A stretch of DNA of 64,000 nt. Origin: Bdellovibrio sp. Its GTDB lineage: Bacteria; Bdellovibrionota; Bdellovibrionia; Bdellovibrionales; Bdellovibrionaceae. Numbering within the stretch: the first letter of the stretch is position 1; each line of letters opens with the position of its first letter. The stretch is from the NCBI GenBank assembly GCA_036676395.1, contig JAKFCY010000003.1, forward strand, positions 1 to 64,000, given 5' to 3'. The translations under genes were made by a program, and so were the position numbers. The notes beneath the pieces were generated by a model that ran no database searches, had not been told where the DNA came from, and was given only the letters and a program-made list of their open reading frames with translations. Below are positions 41,340 to 51,251 of the stretch, piece after piece.

Positions 41340-42065
41340 TTATGTTTCGCTGAAATTCAACACAAGAACTGTGACGTTGTCATCACCGCCGTGAGCTAAT
41401 GCCTGCTGAATAAACATCGGAGTAGTTTTATCCGGAGTATTGTCATTAAAAATCTGGCACATCTCCTGATCAGTGATCATTCCGGTTAAACCATCTGAGC
41501 ACATTAGAAAAATATCACCAGGTGAAACTTCGCGTTCAATAATATCTGGATACACATCACGTTCAAAACCCACACTGCGGGTAATAACGTTTTTACCGAT
41601 GGTGGCTTTGGCTTTTTCTTCAGATAAAAATCCAAGACGAATTTGTTCATTAATTAAAGAATGATCTTCGGTTAATTGCCACACGTAAGGTTTACGGTAC
41701 AAATAACAACGGCTATCACCCACGTTAGCAATGTATAATCGTGAATCACGAAAATAACCCATCACCATCGTTGTGCCCATACCATTTAATTTTGATTCTT
41801 GAGCGGCACGATCGAAAATCCGATGTGAAGCTTCTTGGTACGCCTGCATTAACACTTCTCGCGGAGAAAATTGTAACGCTTTCGGATGTCCCAAAACTTC
41901 GCGAACAGTCTCAACTGCTAGGGCAGAAGCGACCTCGCCGCCCATGTGACCACCCACGCCATCTGCGACTACAAAAACACCAATTCGTTCGTCAATCAGA
42001 AACGAATCCTGATTGCCGGAGCGTTTAAGCCCTTTATCTGTTAAGCACCAACATTGAAATCTCAT
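41340..42065 (-). CDS. PP2C-family Ser/Thr protein phosphatase (Stp1/PrpC-like)
   Basis: NQD, VADGVGGH, NVGDSR, CSDGL, GGDDN. Confidence 0.93.
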   Translation of the reverse strand: MRFQCWCLTDKGLKRSGNQDSFLIDERIGVFVVADGVGGHMGGEVASALAVETVREVLGHPKALQFSPREVLMQAYQEASHRIFDRAAQESKLNGMGTTMVMGYFRDSRLYIANVGDSRCYLYRKPYVWQLTEDHSLINEQIRLGFLSEEKAKATIGKNVITRSVGFERDVYPDIIEREVSPGDIFLMCSDGLTGMITDQEMCQIFNDNTPDKTTPMFIQQALAHGGDDNVTVLVLNFSET

Positions 42066-42286
42066 TCCTATACAGTGTCATGGCGATTACCATCCGAGTC
42101 AAAGGGCACAAATTAAACCATTACTTATGGCCTACCTAGACACTGGTCTAGTTCTTAAAAAATACGACTAAAGGTCATCACCGAAACCTCAATTTCAAAC
42201 GTCATACAACCGATAGTCTAGTAAGAGATTTGCTTAACTATCTAGTGTAACAAAAAACAAACACTAGCTACCAAACAAAGGTCGAT

Positions 42287-43171
42287 ATGAAACGCACAAG
42301 TCGCCTTAAAATTTTTATTACTCTGTCTATTGCCATACATATGGGATTAGCAGCGGTGGTTTTTGTTTTACCAAAAATTCAACAACACTATGCACCTATC
42401 GAAGTTGTGCTTGTTGAACCCGAAGAAATTATCGACGACGCGGCCAAAAACGAAAAAGATCCAACTCGCATTGTTGAAACTGACGAAAAATCAGCCAACG
42501 AACAGGTTAACGAAAATGCAAAATATTTAAGTGTAAAAAATAATTCAGTTGAAAAAGAAACTATTGCTAAACTTGGCGAAACTTTTAAAAACGCACAACC
42601 TGTAGCAAAAAAATCTGTGAAAGCCGTTAAAAAATCTTCGCCAACTTTGTTCGGTGAAAAATTTAATGCTTACGATGCCATGGCAAAAAAAGCGGCTAAC
42701 GGTAAATCAGATATCAACGGCAAACAACAAGACCAATCACAAACTGCACAAAACGGAAACGATCGCGGCGTTGAAGCCACAGCAACAGATCAACTAGCGC
42801 AAGTTGAACAAACTTTAAAAACTCAGTTGAACACACGCGAATACAAATATTACGGTTATTACCAACGCATTAAAAACCAGCTAAATCAATTTTGGCAGCC
42901 AGAAGTTAAGCAAAAAGTATCACGTCTTATGACACAAGGTAGAACAATTGCCTCTGATTCGAACAATAAAGTCACTAAATTGATCATTGTTCTTAACGAC
43001 GCCGGCACGTTAGTGAAAGTACAGGTCATTGGTGAATCTGGAGTTCGCGATCTCGATGAGGCCGCAATAGAAGCCTTTAGGCAGGCTGCGCCCTTTCCAA
43101 ATCCCCCTAAAGGGATGGTCGAAAATGACGGCACCATTAAGATCCGCTGGGACTTCGTGGTGGAGTCCTAG
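42287..43171 (+). CDS. TonB-family energy transducer
   Basis: TM segment with SIAIH and a C-terminal SG...LDEAAIEAFRQAAPFPNPP. Confidence 0.8.
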   Translation: MKRTSRLKIFITLSIAIHMGLAAVVFVLPKIQQHYAPIEVVLVEPEEIIDDAAKNEKDPTRIVETDEKSANEQVNENAKYLSVKNNSVEKETIAKLGETFKNAQPVAKKSVKAVKKSSPTLFGEKFNAYDAMAKKAANGKSDINGKQQDQSQTAQNGNDRGVEATATDQLAQVEQTLKTQLNTREYKYYGYYQRIKNQLNQFWQPEVKQKVSRLMTQGRTIASDSNNKVTKLIIVLNDAGTLVKVQVIGESGVRDLDEAAIEAFRQAAPFPNPPKGMVENDGTIKIRWDFVVES

Positions 43172-43312
43172 AAGCCGGCCAAAAAACCAAAGCCAAATCT
43201 AAAAAATCTGCAGCCGCAGATGAAATAAAGTCTTTACTCTAAATACAATAAGTTTTATCTCTATAGCGTTGAATTTTTAGCTACTGTTTTAAGTTATAAA
43301 AAAGGACCACTT

Positions 43313-46123
43313 ATGTCTGGAAAAGAAATCACGTTAAAGGATCTAAAAGATCTGAATAAAGACACGTTAGACTCGATCGCAAAACGCGCGCATTACTTGG
43401 CGACGCAAATGATCTTTCAAGCCAACATTCGCGAAAAAGATAAAGGCGATCCAAAAATCGGCGGCCATCAATCGGCATCGGCTTCTGCATTACACATCAT
43501 GGGCGCATTACACTTAATCGTAAAATCTGGTTATGACCACATCGCGAATAAGCCACATGCATCACCTACTGATCACTCGTACAATTATTTATTAGATCTA
43601 TTTTTAAAATCTGATTTATCAAAATTATCTGAAGAAGATAAAAACATCGCGATGATGGGTTTACGTAAGTATTCTAAAAACGGCGAACCTGTTTTTCAAT
43701 CTTACCACTCAACTTACGATTCTGATCACCACAACTTCTTCCCTTCGGGCACAGTGGGCATTCCACCAGTTCAAGCCGGATACCTTGCATTAGCTTACCG
43801 TTTTGCTAAAGAGCATAACTACGATATTCCTGAAGCTCACTTTTGGGCGTTATCAGGAGATTCTGAATTCCGTGAAGGTTCAATGTATGAAGCTGTTCCA
43901 GATTTCGCTGAACGTGAAATCGGAAACCTAACTTGGATGGTCGACTACAACCGCCAATCGTTAGACGGTCACCGTATCGTGAATCAAAAAATCATGGAAG
44001 GCACTGATGCTGATCGTATTGAAAAATCGATGGCAGCTAATGGCTGGGAAGTGATTCAAGTACGTCACGGTTCTAAACGTTTAGCACTTTTCAAAAAACC
44101 AGGCGGCGATGCTTTCAAAAAATTATTAGAACACGAATTAGTCGATTACGATTTACAAGCGTTTTTATTAATTCAAGATGTGAAAGCGTTAAAAGCCGGA
44201 ATGGCCAAAGATCATCCGCAAATTAAAAAATTCTTAGACGGAGTCTCTGGCGAAGAATTATACGAAGGCTTACGCGATTTCGGTGGTCACGACATGATTC
44301 AACTTGCTGAAGCGATGTTGAAATCTAAAGAATCAAAACGAAAGCCTACAATCATCATCGTTCATACGTTAAAAGGCTGGGGCTTAAAAATGGCCGCTCA
44401 ACCTGGCAACCACTCAGCTTTAAATAATCAAGAAGAGATGGACGAACTAAAAGCTAAACAAGGTATCAAAGGCGAAACACTATTTGCAGGCTTTGACCCT
44501 AAAACTGCTGAAGGTAAATTCTTACAAGCTCGCGGTGAAAAATTATATTCTGAAATCAAAGCGCAAAATGCTTTGAAAGATAAAAATAAAAATTTCTTCG
44601 CCAAAGAATTTGAAAAAATCGGTGGCTTTCCTGAAAAGTTAGACATCAACACAAAAATGGCCAGCTACCCGCACACTCAATGGATGCTTGGTCAGTTAAC
44701 TGCCAAATTAACTCGTATCGCAAATGCTGATGTGACAAAATTAAATGATTTCGAAAAACGCTGGAAGACAGCGGGCGAATTATTTATGACCATGGCGCCA
44801 GACGTAGGAACTTCAACGAATTTAAATCCAGCAATGGATGGTAAAATCTTCGGAGCTCCAACAGTGACAGATGTCGAAGCTGAATACGGCGTTAAAGACA
44901 CGAAACTTCCTGATCTTGTTCCGGGCGAAGAAGAATCAGATCGTTTCTTACGTTTTGAAATCGCTGAAGGTAACGTCATGTCATGCGTGGGTTCGTTCGG
45001 TCGTATCCGCGACACCTTGGGCGTTCCGGTAATGCCGTTAATGACGGTTTACGATTTCTTTATTAAACGTGCCTTAGATCAGTACTTCTACAATCTTTAC
45101 TGGAAGTCTTCTTTCATCTGCGTGGGTACTCCATCAGGTGTAACATTATCTCCGGAAGGTGCGCAGCATGGTTGGAAGTCTGACTTCCAAATTCCTGGGC
45201 AAATCACTTGGGAGCCGTTCTTCTGCTTAGAGCTTGATTGGATTTTATGTGAAACCTTTAAAAGACACTTATTAAACGACAATGCTGGCCGCAACGGTAC
45301 ATTACTTCGTTTAGTGACTCGTGGTGCTGACCAAAAAGATTTAATGAAATATTTAAATAAACAATTACGCTTCAAAGCTAATCCAGAATCAAAATTAGCC
45401 CGCGCTGAATTTCCAGTAGCTGGTGGCGTAAATGAAGAAGAAGTAACAGCCAAATCTGAAACTGAAATTCACGCAGTTATGCGCGAAGAAGTTTTAAAAG
45501 GCGCTTACTACTTAATCGACTACCGTGGTTACGCTGGTTACGAGCCCGGTGATAACGTAGTCAATATTTTCTCGATGGGTTCAATGACAACTGAAGCAAT
45601 CAAAGCCTCAGAAGATTTATTAACTCGCGGAATTTACGCCAACGTGATCGTTGTAACTTCACCTGATTTATTATGCGGTATTTTAGCTCATGAAAATGAC
45701 TACAACTACTTACGTAATGAGTTGGGAATCACGTCTGATTTATATTTAAACCGTCAAGGTGACGTGGGTTCTGCAGATCTAGTGATGGCCTCAGGCCGTC
45801 GTATTCCAATCGTGTCAGTTCACGATGGTGAAGCAGGTTTACTTGATAATTTAGGTTCAATCGTTGGCGTAAGACAAGAATCATGCGCCGTACGTAAACA
45901 CTCTAAGTGTGGCCGTCCGGTCGAAATCTATCACTTCCACAGCATCGACACTGAAGCAGTTGTTGAAGCGTGCGGTAAAGTATTATCAGAAACAGCTTTA
46001 GAAAAAGTAATCGTAAATAAAACTACGATGGAAGAAACTGCACTTGCTGCAGCTTCAACTGGCGAACAACGTCCTCACTGGACAGAGTTATGGCCTTCTA
46101 AAACACAAAATCAAAAGCACTAG
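43313..46123 (+). CDS. aceE: Pyruvate dehydrogenase E1 component
   Basis: GGHQSASAS, KPHASP, GDSE TPP motif, NRQSLD, GVTLSPEGAQH. Confidence 0.88.
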   Translation: MSGKEITLKDLKDLNKDTLDSIAKRAHYLATQMIFQANIREKDKGDPKIGGHQSASASALHIMGALHLIVKSGYDHIANKPHASPTDHSYNYLLDLFLKSDLSKLSEEDKNIAMMGLRKYSKNGEPVFQSYHSTYDSDHHNFFPSGTVGIPPVQAGYLALAYRFAKEHNYDIPEAHFWALSGDSEFREGSMYEAVPDFAEREIGNLTWMVDYNRQSLDGHRIVNQKIMEGTDADRIEKSMAANGWEVIQVRHGSKRLALFKKPGGDAFKKLLEHELVDYDLQAFLLIQDVKALKAGMAKDHPQIKKFLDGVSGEELYEGLRDFGGHDMIQLAEAMLKSKESKRKPTIIIVHTLKGWGLKMAAQPGNHSALNNQEEMDELKAKQGIKGETLFAGFDPKTAEGKFLQARGEKLYSEIKAQNALKDKNKNFFAKEFEKIGGFPEKLDINTKMASYPHTQWMLGQLTAKLTRIANADVTKLNDFEKRWKTAGELFMTMAPDVGTSTNLNPAMDGKIFGAPTVTDVEAEYGVKDTKLPDLVPGEEESDRFLRFEIAEGNVMSCVGSFGRIRDTLGVPVMPLMTVYDFFIKRALDQYFYNLYWKSSFICVGTPSGVTLSPEGAQHGWKSDFQIPGQITWEPFFCLELDWILCETFKRHLLNDNAGRNGTLLRLVTRGADQKDLMKYLNKQLRFKANPESKLARAEFPVAGGVNEEEVTAKSETEIHAVMREEVLKGAYYLIDYRGYAGYEPGDNVVNIFSMGSMTTEAIKASEDLLTRGIYANVIVVTSPDLLCGILAHENDYNYLRNELGITSDLYLNRQGDVGSADLVMASGRRIPIVSVHDGEAGLLDNLGSIVGVRQESCAVRKHSKCGRPVEIYHFHSIDTEAVVEACGKVLSETALEKVIVNKTTMEETALAAASTGEQRPHWTELWPSKTQNQKH

Positions 46124-46130
46124 GATATAA

Positions 46131-46880
46131 ATGTTTCCTGACAAAGGTGAATTGTTTAAAGCGGCAGATAAAAAATCAGAACATCTGGTTTTTTTCTGCC
46201 ACTTTTTTAAAGGCCACAAAAAAGCCTTACGCCGCCATATTGATTTAGTAAATGAACTTGGTTTTGATGCTTACGTCTTTAATTTAAAAGACGATTTAAA
46301 AGATCACAAGTTTGTGCCTTACTCGAAAAAATCGAAAAAGTTCGGCATGAAGCACGCTTTAGCTGAACAAATCGGTCAGCATTTAGAATTATTATCTGAA
46401 TATAAAACAAAAATTCTTTTTGCGTTTTCGAATGTTGCAGGCTGTGCGATCGAAGCTCACACACTTCGCCTTAAAGAAGGTAAGAATGATGTGATCGCTA
46501 TGGTTTGTGATAGCGGCCCAGGCGCTGGTAATTTTTTTCAATCGTCGTACATGTTATTAGAAGATCAAATCGGCGTTAAATCATTACCGTTAAAGATTAT
46601 CGGCACACCGGCCGTAGCGTTTGGTTGGAGTCCGAAATTAAATTCAGATATTCGTCACGACTTAGATAGTTTTCCAGAAGGATTTCCACTTTTAAGCATT
46701 CGTGGGTGGCGCGATCGTTTGATCACACCACAAGATATCGACAAAGTTTTTGATCATCACAAAAATTTAAACTGGAAGAAGTTATCGTTGCCAGAAGCAG
46801 GTCATCTGAACGGATTAAGAGATTTTCCGAGTGAATATAAACCTGCAGTTGAAGATTTTTTAAGGCAGTTTAGATACTAA
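46131..46880 (+). CDS. Alpha/beta-hydrolase-fold protein
   Basis: FAFSN nucleophile elbow, CDSGP, D.LI, GHL. Confidence 0.7.
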   Translation: MFPDKGELFKAADKKSEHLVFFCHFFKGHKKALRRHIDLVNELGFDAYVFNLKDDLKDHKFVPYSKKSKKFGMKHALAEQIGQHLELLSEYKTKILFAFSNVAGCAIEAHTLRLKEGKNDVIAMVCDSGPGAGNFFQSSYMLLEDQIGVKSLPLKIIGTPAVAFGWSPKLNSDIRHDLDSFPEGFPLLSIRGWRDRLITPQDIDKVFDHHKNLNWKKLSLPEAGHLNGLRDFPSEYKPAVEDFLRQFRY

Positions 46881-46891
46881 TTTCAATAAAT

Positions 46892-47668
46892 TTATTTCTT
46901 AAATTCTTTTTCAAATTCAACTTTTCCAGAATCAAGATGATATAAAGCCTCATTGATTTTAATATGATGAGACTTTACAAAGTCAGAAATAATTTTCGAT
47001 CTTAAAACTAGATCGTGTGAGACACCTTTAACATTAGCCCAAGATTCAGTTACGAGTCCTTTTGTGGGTTGAGCGCCTTTAAACGAAGTGATTCGAGGAT
47101 GTATATCCCCTACTAGTTTATCAAGACTGGGGCTACCGGCAGAAGAGCCATCTAGAGTATTCATTGCTGCTGTTACGGCTCCGCAAGAAGTATGGCCCAT
47201 GACAAGGATATGTTTTGCACCCAAATGTTCCAGAGCATACTCAACTGATCCTATAACATTTCCATCGAGAGCTTGTCCTGCAGTTCTGATCACAAAAACC
47301 TCACCAAGTTTTTGATCAAATAAAATCTCTGGAGGAACTCTCGAATCAGAACATGATAAAATTATAGTGTGTGGCTTTTGCCCAGTAGACAATCTTTTGA
47401 CATCAGACATTTTCTGACCGTCTTTTCTTAGACTGCCTTCAAGATATCTAGTATTACCATTTTTAAGCCAACCCAATGCTACTTCAGCAGTAACGCCAGC
47501 ACTATTATCGTGGCCATGATGAGAGGCCGAGGCATGCTTAGTAGAAACAGGCAAAGTGTGTTCAGATTTTTTTGCAGTTTGATTTTCATGAGCCTCATTC
47601 GCAGGAATGGTGCTACAACCTAATGTATAAAAAAATACTAAAATTATAGGTAAAGTGATTTTAGACAT
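46892..47668 (-). CDS. Beta-class carbonic anhydrase with a lipoprotein-like signal
   Basis: CSDSRVPPE, RTAG, GHTSCGAV, N-terminal TLGC. Confidence 0.92.
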   Translation of the reverse strand: MSKITLPIILVFFYTLGCSTIPANEAHENQTAKKSEHTLPVSTKHASASHHGHDNSAGVTAEVALGWLKNGNTRYLEGSLRKDGQKMSDVKRLSTGQKPHTIILSCSDSRVPPEILFDQKLGEVFVIRTAGQALDGNVIGSVEYALEHLGAKHILVMGHTSCGAVTAAMNTLDGSSAGSPSLDKLVGDIHPRITSFKGAQPTKGLVTESWANVKGVSHDLVLRSKIISDFVKSHHIKINEALYHLDSGKVEFEKEFKK

Positions 47669-47757
47669 TTCATGTCTCCTTAATTAATTATTAAGTTATA
47701 GTTCACTGTTTTGTTCAGCGATAGTCCTGCAAATACCTTCTAGACTTAAGCTCCTTA

Positions 47758-47877
47758 CTTCTTCAGTCGGCACAAACTTGTTTATCGCTGAACTTCTGTT
47801 TTGACAGAGGTTACCCGTGGCGAAGTTGCATGAAAGCTGCATGTGTTCGTTTTCAAGTTGATAACAATTTTCAATGT
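47758..47877 (-). pseudogene. Internally deleted remnant of the O-methyltransferase gene
   Basis: 47758-47777 = 59267-59286; 47775-47807 = 59343-59375; 47820-47877 matches 59806-59863 with 2 mismatches. Confidence 0.9.
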
Positions 47878-47985
47878 TGGAAAAAACTTTCTCTACCGGA
47901 AGCAGGTCATTTAAATGGCCTTCGCGATTTTCCGAGTGAATATAAACCTGCGGTCGAAGATTTTTTAAATCAGTTTAGTCATTAA
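47878..47985 (+). pseudogene. Second, diverged copy of the hydrolase gene 3' end
   Basis: Encodes WKKLSLPEAGHLNGLRDFPSEYKPAVEDFLNQFSH*, versus ...FLRQFRY* at 46773-46880. Confidence 0.9.
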
Positions 47986-48059
47986 TCAAATATCATCACT
48001 ATCGACTCCGATTAAATTAATAGTGTGTTTTGACCTGAACCCAATTTCTGTACCCGCCC

Positions 48060-48632
48060 TTATTTTGAAAAACAAGCCGCAAATGCGCCGTCGGCAGGCG
48101 CACTAGATGGAGGCATTTGCCCAGACGAAAATGCTCGCTGAAGCGTTTGTAGCTCTGACGCTTCAAGCTGACCGCAGCTTTTTCCAAATTTGGCTTGGCA
48201 TAGAGAACTTAAATTTTTCTCAGCGAAAATGTTTGCAAGCATTCCAAAGTAGATAGAGCGCATTGCCGATGTTTCATATTTCATTGCAATAGCTTTAGCT
48301 AAATAGGCATTACTCATGTGCCAAAACAACATGCCTCCTGATGCACTCGTAAGATTTTTAGCAATGAATGACGACATATTCTCTGTGCATGCCTTCGATG
48401 AACTTGCATGTGGTAAGCAGCTCAAACAAAGCATCGCTTCTGGCATTTCGTCGCCATTCACTGAGGAGCTAAACTCTTTTCCAAAGCCCGACATCAGTTG
48501 AGTCAGGCTAATTCCCGGCTTTATTGAGTCCTCTGAGGGAAGCTTGGAGTAGTAGTATGCTAAGGGGAAAGCCAAGCCGCACATAACGACTAAGACCGAG
48601 ATTCCACCGTACAAAATAAATTTATTGCCCAT
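48060..48632 (-). CDS. Membrane-anchored degenerate GT51 transglycosylase-like protein, possible immunity protein
   Basis: TM segment then YYYSKLPS. IAKNL...LAKAIAMKY...IYF...FGKS..QL...E follows GT51 motifs 2-5, but the catalytic EDxxFxxHxG motif is absent. Confidence 0.45.
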   Translation of the reverse strand: MGNKFILYGGISVLVVMCGLAFPLAYYYSKLPSEDSIKPGISLTQLMSGFGKEFSSSVNGDEMPEAMLCLSCLPHASSSKACTENMSSFIAKNLTSASGGMLFWHMSNAYLAKAIAMKYETSAMRSIYFGMLANIFAEKNLSSLCQAKFGKSCGQLEASELQTLQRAFSSGQMPPSSAPADGAFAACFSK

Positions 48633-48882
48633 AAAAAATCCTACCTTCCGCCAAGTCCTCGAAGCCTTCTGCCAACGCTGCCAGGAAAGAAAAAGTTATT
48701 TCCTAAACTCTTGAATGGCCCGATACCATTTTTTTGAACAGCTCGGTAATTTATCCCAGGTTATTTTTCAAAATAACTATGGCAGCCAAGTGCGGGCCCT
48801 GACCAGCTGCAACAAGCCGCTCTGAATAGGTCCACCACAATTATTAGAAGTAGCGTTATAACTACCCGAATTGTTTTTTAAG

Positions 48883-49494
48883 TTATTCGCTAGTGTTGGA
48901 AGCATACTTCCTAATAAATAAACGAATTTTTCCCTGGAACTCCTTATTGTCGCGATAGGGCCTTTCAAAAATTCCACTACCTTGCAAATCTTTTTTAAGA
49001 TTCTCAAAAACTGAAGCAGTCAGAGGATACTGTAGCGACTCTCTCAATAGCAGATACCCAAGAAAATCGTCTTCGCTCTGCCATTTTTGCCAGTCTAACG
49101 CTTTTGAAACCATGCTCTTGCCTGGCATGTGAACAATGATTTCTTCAATTTCTTCGAGCACCTTGGTCAAAAACTCTTCATCCTGCGAACTAACCTTAGA
49201 TGAGCACTTAACGATGGCTTCGCGCCACTCTCGACGAAGCTCTTCTCCGAGAACTTTATCGCTAGAAAAATCAAAATACTTTTCTAGAACACCTCGTAAT
49301 CGTTTTCGTAAATCTGAATCCACTATTTCCCCCATGGCCAGTGTTTGACGACCCCTGAAATGACGCGCTTGCCAGGTTTCATATCTTTCAGCCTCCAGAA
49401 AAATTTTTGGCCCGTGCCACCCACTTTTTATCGCGTCAATGGATCGCGTGACGCAATGAGAATTTTGACACGATGAAATACTACCGGAGGCCAC
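48883..49494 (-). CDS. Hypothetical protein or gene fragment
   Basis: 203-aa ORF with a GTG start and no recognisable motif. Confidence 0.35.
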   Translation of the reverse strand: MASGSISSCQNSHCVTRSIDAIKSGWHGPKIFLEAERYETWQARHFRGRQTLAMGEIVDSDLRKRLRGVLEKYFDFSSDKVLGEELRREWREAIVKCSSKVSSQDEEFLTKVLEEIEEIIVHMPGKSMVSKALDWQKWQSEDDFLGYLLLRESLQYPLTASVFENLKKDLQGSGIFERPYRDNKEFQGKIRLFIRKYASNTSE

Positions 49495-49617
49495 CTACAG
49501 TAGTAATACGGACAAGGTAGCAATTCAAATGGAAGCTATTAAAGCCAAAATGCGTAAAGAACTTACGCACCAAGAAATTAACTAACAAAATCATGCGCTC
49601 ACTTGAGCTTAAGTACA

Positions 49618-50052
49618 TTAAAAAGTCTCAAGTACTTCATTTAGAAACTCACCTACGTGAGGATATTCATCATCTTCGATTTTTAGAACTTGTGGAGTCG
49701 GCATAAAAATATGTTTGTGATGAAACTGATTGTGGTCTTCGTGTGGTGAACAGTAACGAATTAAGTTTTGACCGTTCGGATTTGGCAAATTCGCATTGTA
49801 AGAATATGCAACGGTTCTAGCTTGCAAACGTCCATTTACTTCATCAACCAGAATATCTTTTTTAATGTCTATGCGAACATCTGTTCCCTTGTAAGTACGC
49901 ATAGGGATTTGTTGGCATTGGATTTCGTAATATCGAGTTGTATGTTTAAATATTGTATAAGTTTTTACTACCGTCATGTACGGGTTGTAAAAACGAAGTG
50001 TTTTTTCATGTATCGAGAGATAGTGCTCCCACGAGTTCCAACCATGCTTCAT
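49618..50052 (-). CDS. Putative toxin, TumE/DUF6516-like
   Basis: YSYN...LIRYCSPH...HHKH resembles the Y.Y...IRYDN.H...HH.H signature. Confidence 0.55.
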   Translation of the reverse strand: MKHGWNSWEHYLSIHEKTLRFYNPYMTVVKTYTIFKHTTRYYEIQCQQIPMRTYKGTDVRIDIKKDILVDEVNGRLQARTVAYSYNANLPNPNGQNLIRYCSPHEDHNQFHHKHIFMPTPQVLKIEDDEYPHVGEFLNEVLETF

Positions 50053-50330
50053 TTTATTTGAGCTTTATAAAATCTAACTTGGCTTTGTAACGATAACGCT
50101 CTAAGAAACAATTCATTATAAGTCGCGCTGTTTTCGGCTTTTACTAAAAGTGCTTCAATGGTTAAGTTCATGCTAGATGCAATTGTTTCAAGTTCTTGTT
50201 GTGTGGCCATCAAAGCTTCCGTATTGGAAGAAAATTTAGCTTGAAGTTTTTGAGCTTGTGTAAGTAGATCACTAGATTCACTCACGATATTAGATTCGAG
50301 ATTTTCGTTTGCTTGAATTTGTTGAGACAT
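50049..50330 (-). CDS. Putative antitoxin (small acidic helical protein)
   Basis: AGGAGG RBS and ATGA coupling to the downstream TumE-like gene. Confidence 0.5.
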   Translation of the reverse strand: MSQQIQANENLESNIVSESSDLLTQAQKLQAKFSSNTEALMATQQELETIASSMNLTIEALLVKAENSATYNELFLRALSLQSQVRFYKAQIK

Positions 50331-50433
50331 AGAGAACCTCCTTTTGGATTACTTTAACACTAATGGCCTTCAAGATCAAAATTAAAAACCTAGTAAAATC
50401 AATAACTTATGATTTCTATCTGGGCGCGATTCA

Positions 50434-50637
50434 TTATTTAGACTTAAGCTCTGTTTTGGTTAAGATAAGGCCTTTTTCAATGGCTTCCATTATAACGTCA
50501 TTTTTACGAACCACGCGTTCGTCACCATCACGGTTCTTATTATAAAGCTTCACAACTTCATCAACGGCCTTATTTAGTCGTTCCTTATCAGCTGGTCAGA
50601 TTTAGGTCGCGATTGGGATTCTTTTACATTTAGACAT
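50434..50637 (-). pseudogene. Possible ribbon-helix-helix-like pseudogene
   Basis: MSKCKRIPIAT*I*PADKERLNKAVDEVV...KNDVIMEAIEKGL, with two in-frame stops. Confidence 0.3.
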
Positions 50638-50963
50638 ACATTTGCATATCATTTTTTACGCCGTGGTAAAACACTGCAGCAGTTGCAAGTTGTGCTCGGT
50701 CACAGAAACATTCAGCAAATGATAGATTTCTAAGGCGATATTGTTAGCCGTGAAGAGCAAAAAAGTTCACCGTACTAATTCACGAAAAAACAGCGTGCCA
50801 ACGATTTTTTGCGTTTTTAAAATCGTGCCAATTTTGACCCTAAAATCGTACCAAATGCTGAAATAATTCACAGGTGTTTTTTGAATATGCGTGCCAGAAT
50901 TAGGCACGCAACTGGCACGGTACATGTGACAGTGATTTTCAACCGAGGGATTTTTGGCACGAT

Positions 50964-51236
50964 CTAAAGCTCATTTTTACATGAGTCACACTTTTTAGGA
51001 AAAAACATAAACCACTTATTTTGAAAATTCGTTGGAGAGGAGCGTCGCATAACCTTCACTCCACATTTAGCGCACTTGATCTGATGAAGATGCAATTTTA
51101 AGATAAGGGCCGTAGCCCATCCTAAGATAATCCACGCAACTTCTTTTGTGTAAACCACTGCGACGAATGATCCAATAAATATGAGGAGCAGTAAAATTGA
51201 TTCTAGTCTGTAAAAAGTGAATTTATTTATCTGCAT
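50964..51236 (-). CDS. Small membrane protein with a zinc ribbon, putative immunity protein
   Basis: Two TM segments, CAKC..CDSC, GAGG RBS. Directly after the orphan Rhs module. Confidence 0.6.
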   Translation of the reverse strand: MQINKFTFYRLESILLLLIFIGSFVAVVYTKEVAWIILGWATALILKLHLHQIKCAKCGVKVMRRSSPTNFQNKWFMFFPKKCDSCKNEL

Positions 51237-51251
51237 GTTTCCTCTCAGTTA

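Noticed and set aside
47741..50451. 13-bp direct repeat tagacttaagctc (47741 and 50439) as att or target duplication
   Set aside because: A match of this length is plausible by chance in 12 kb of AT-rich DNA, and there is no integrase.
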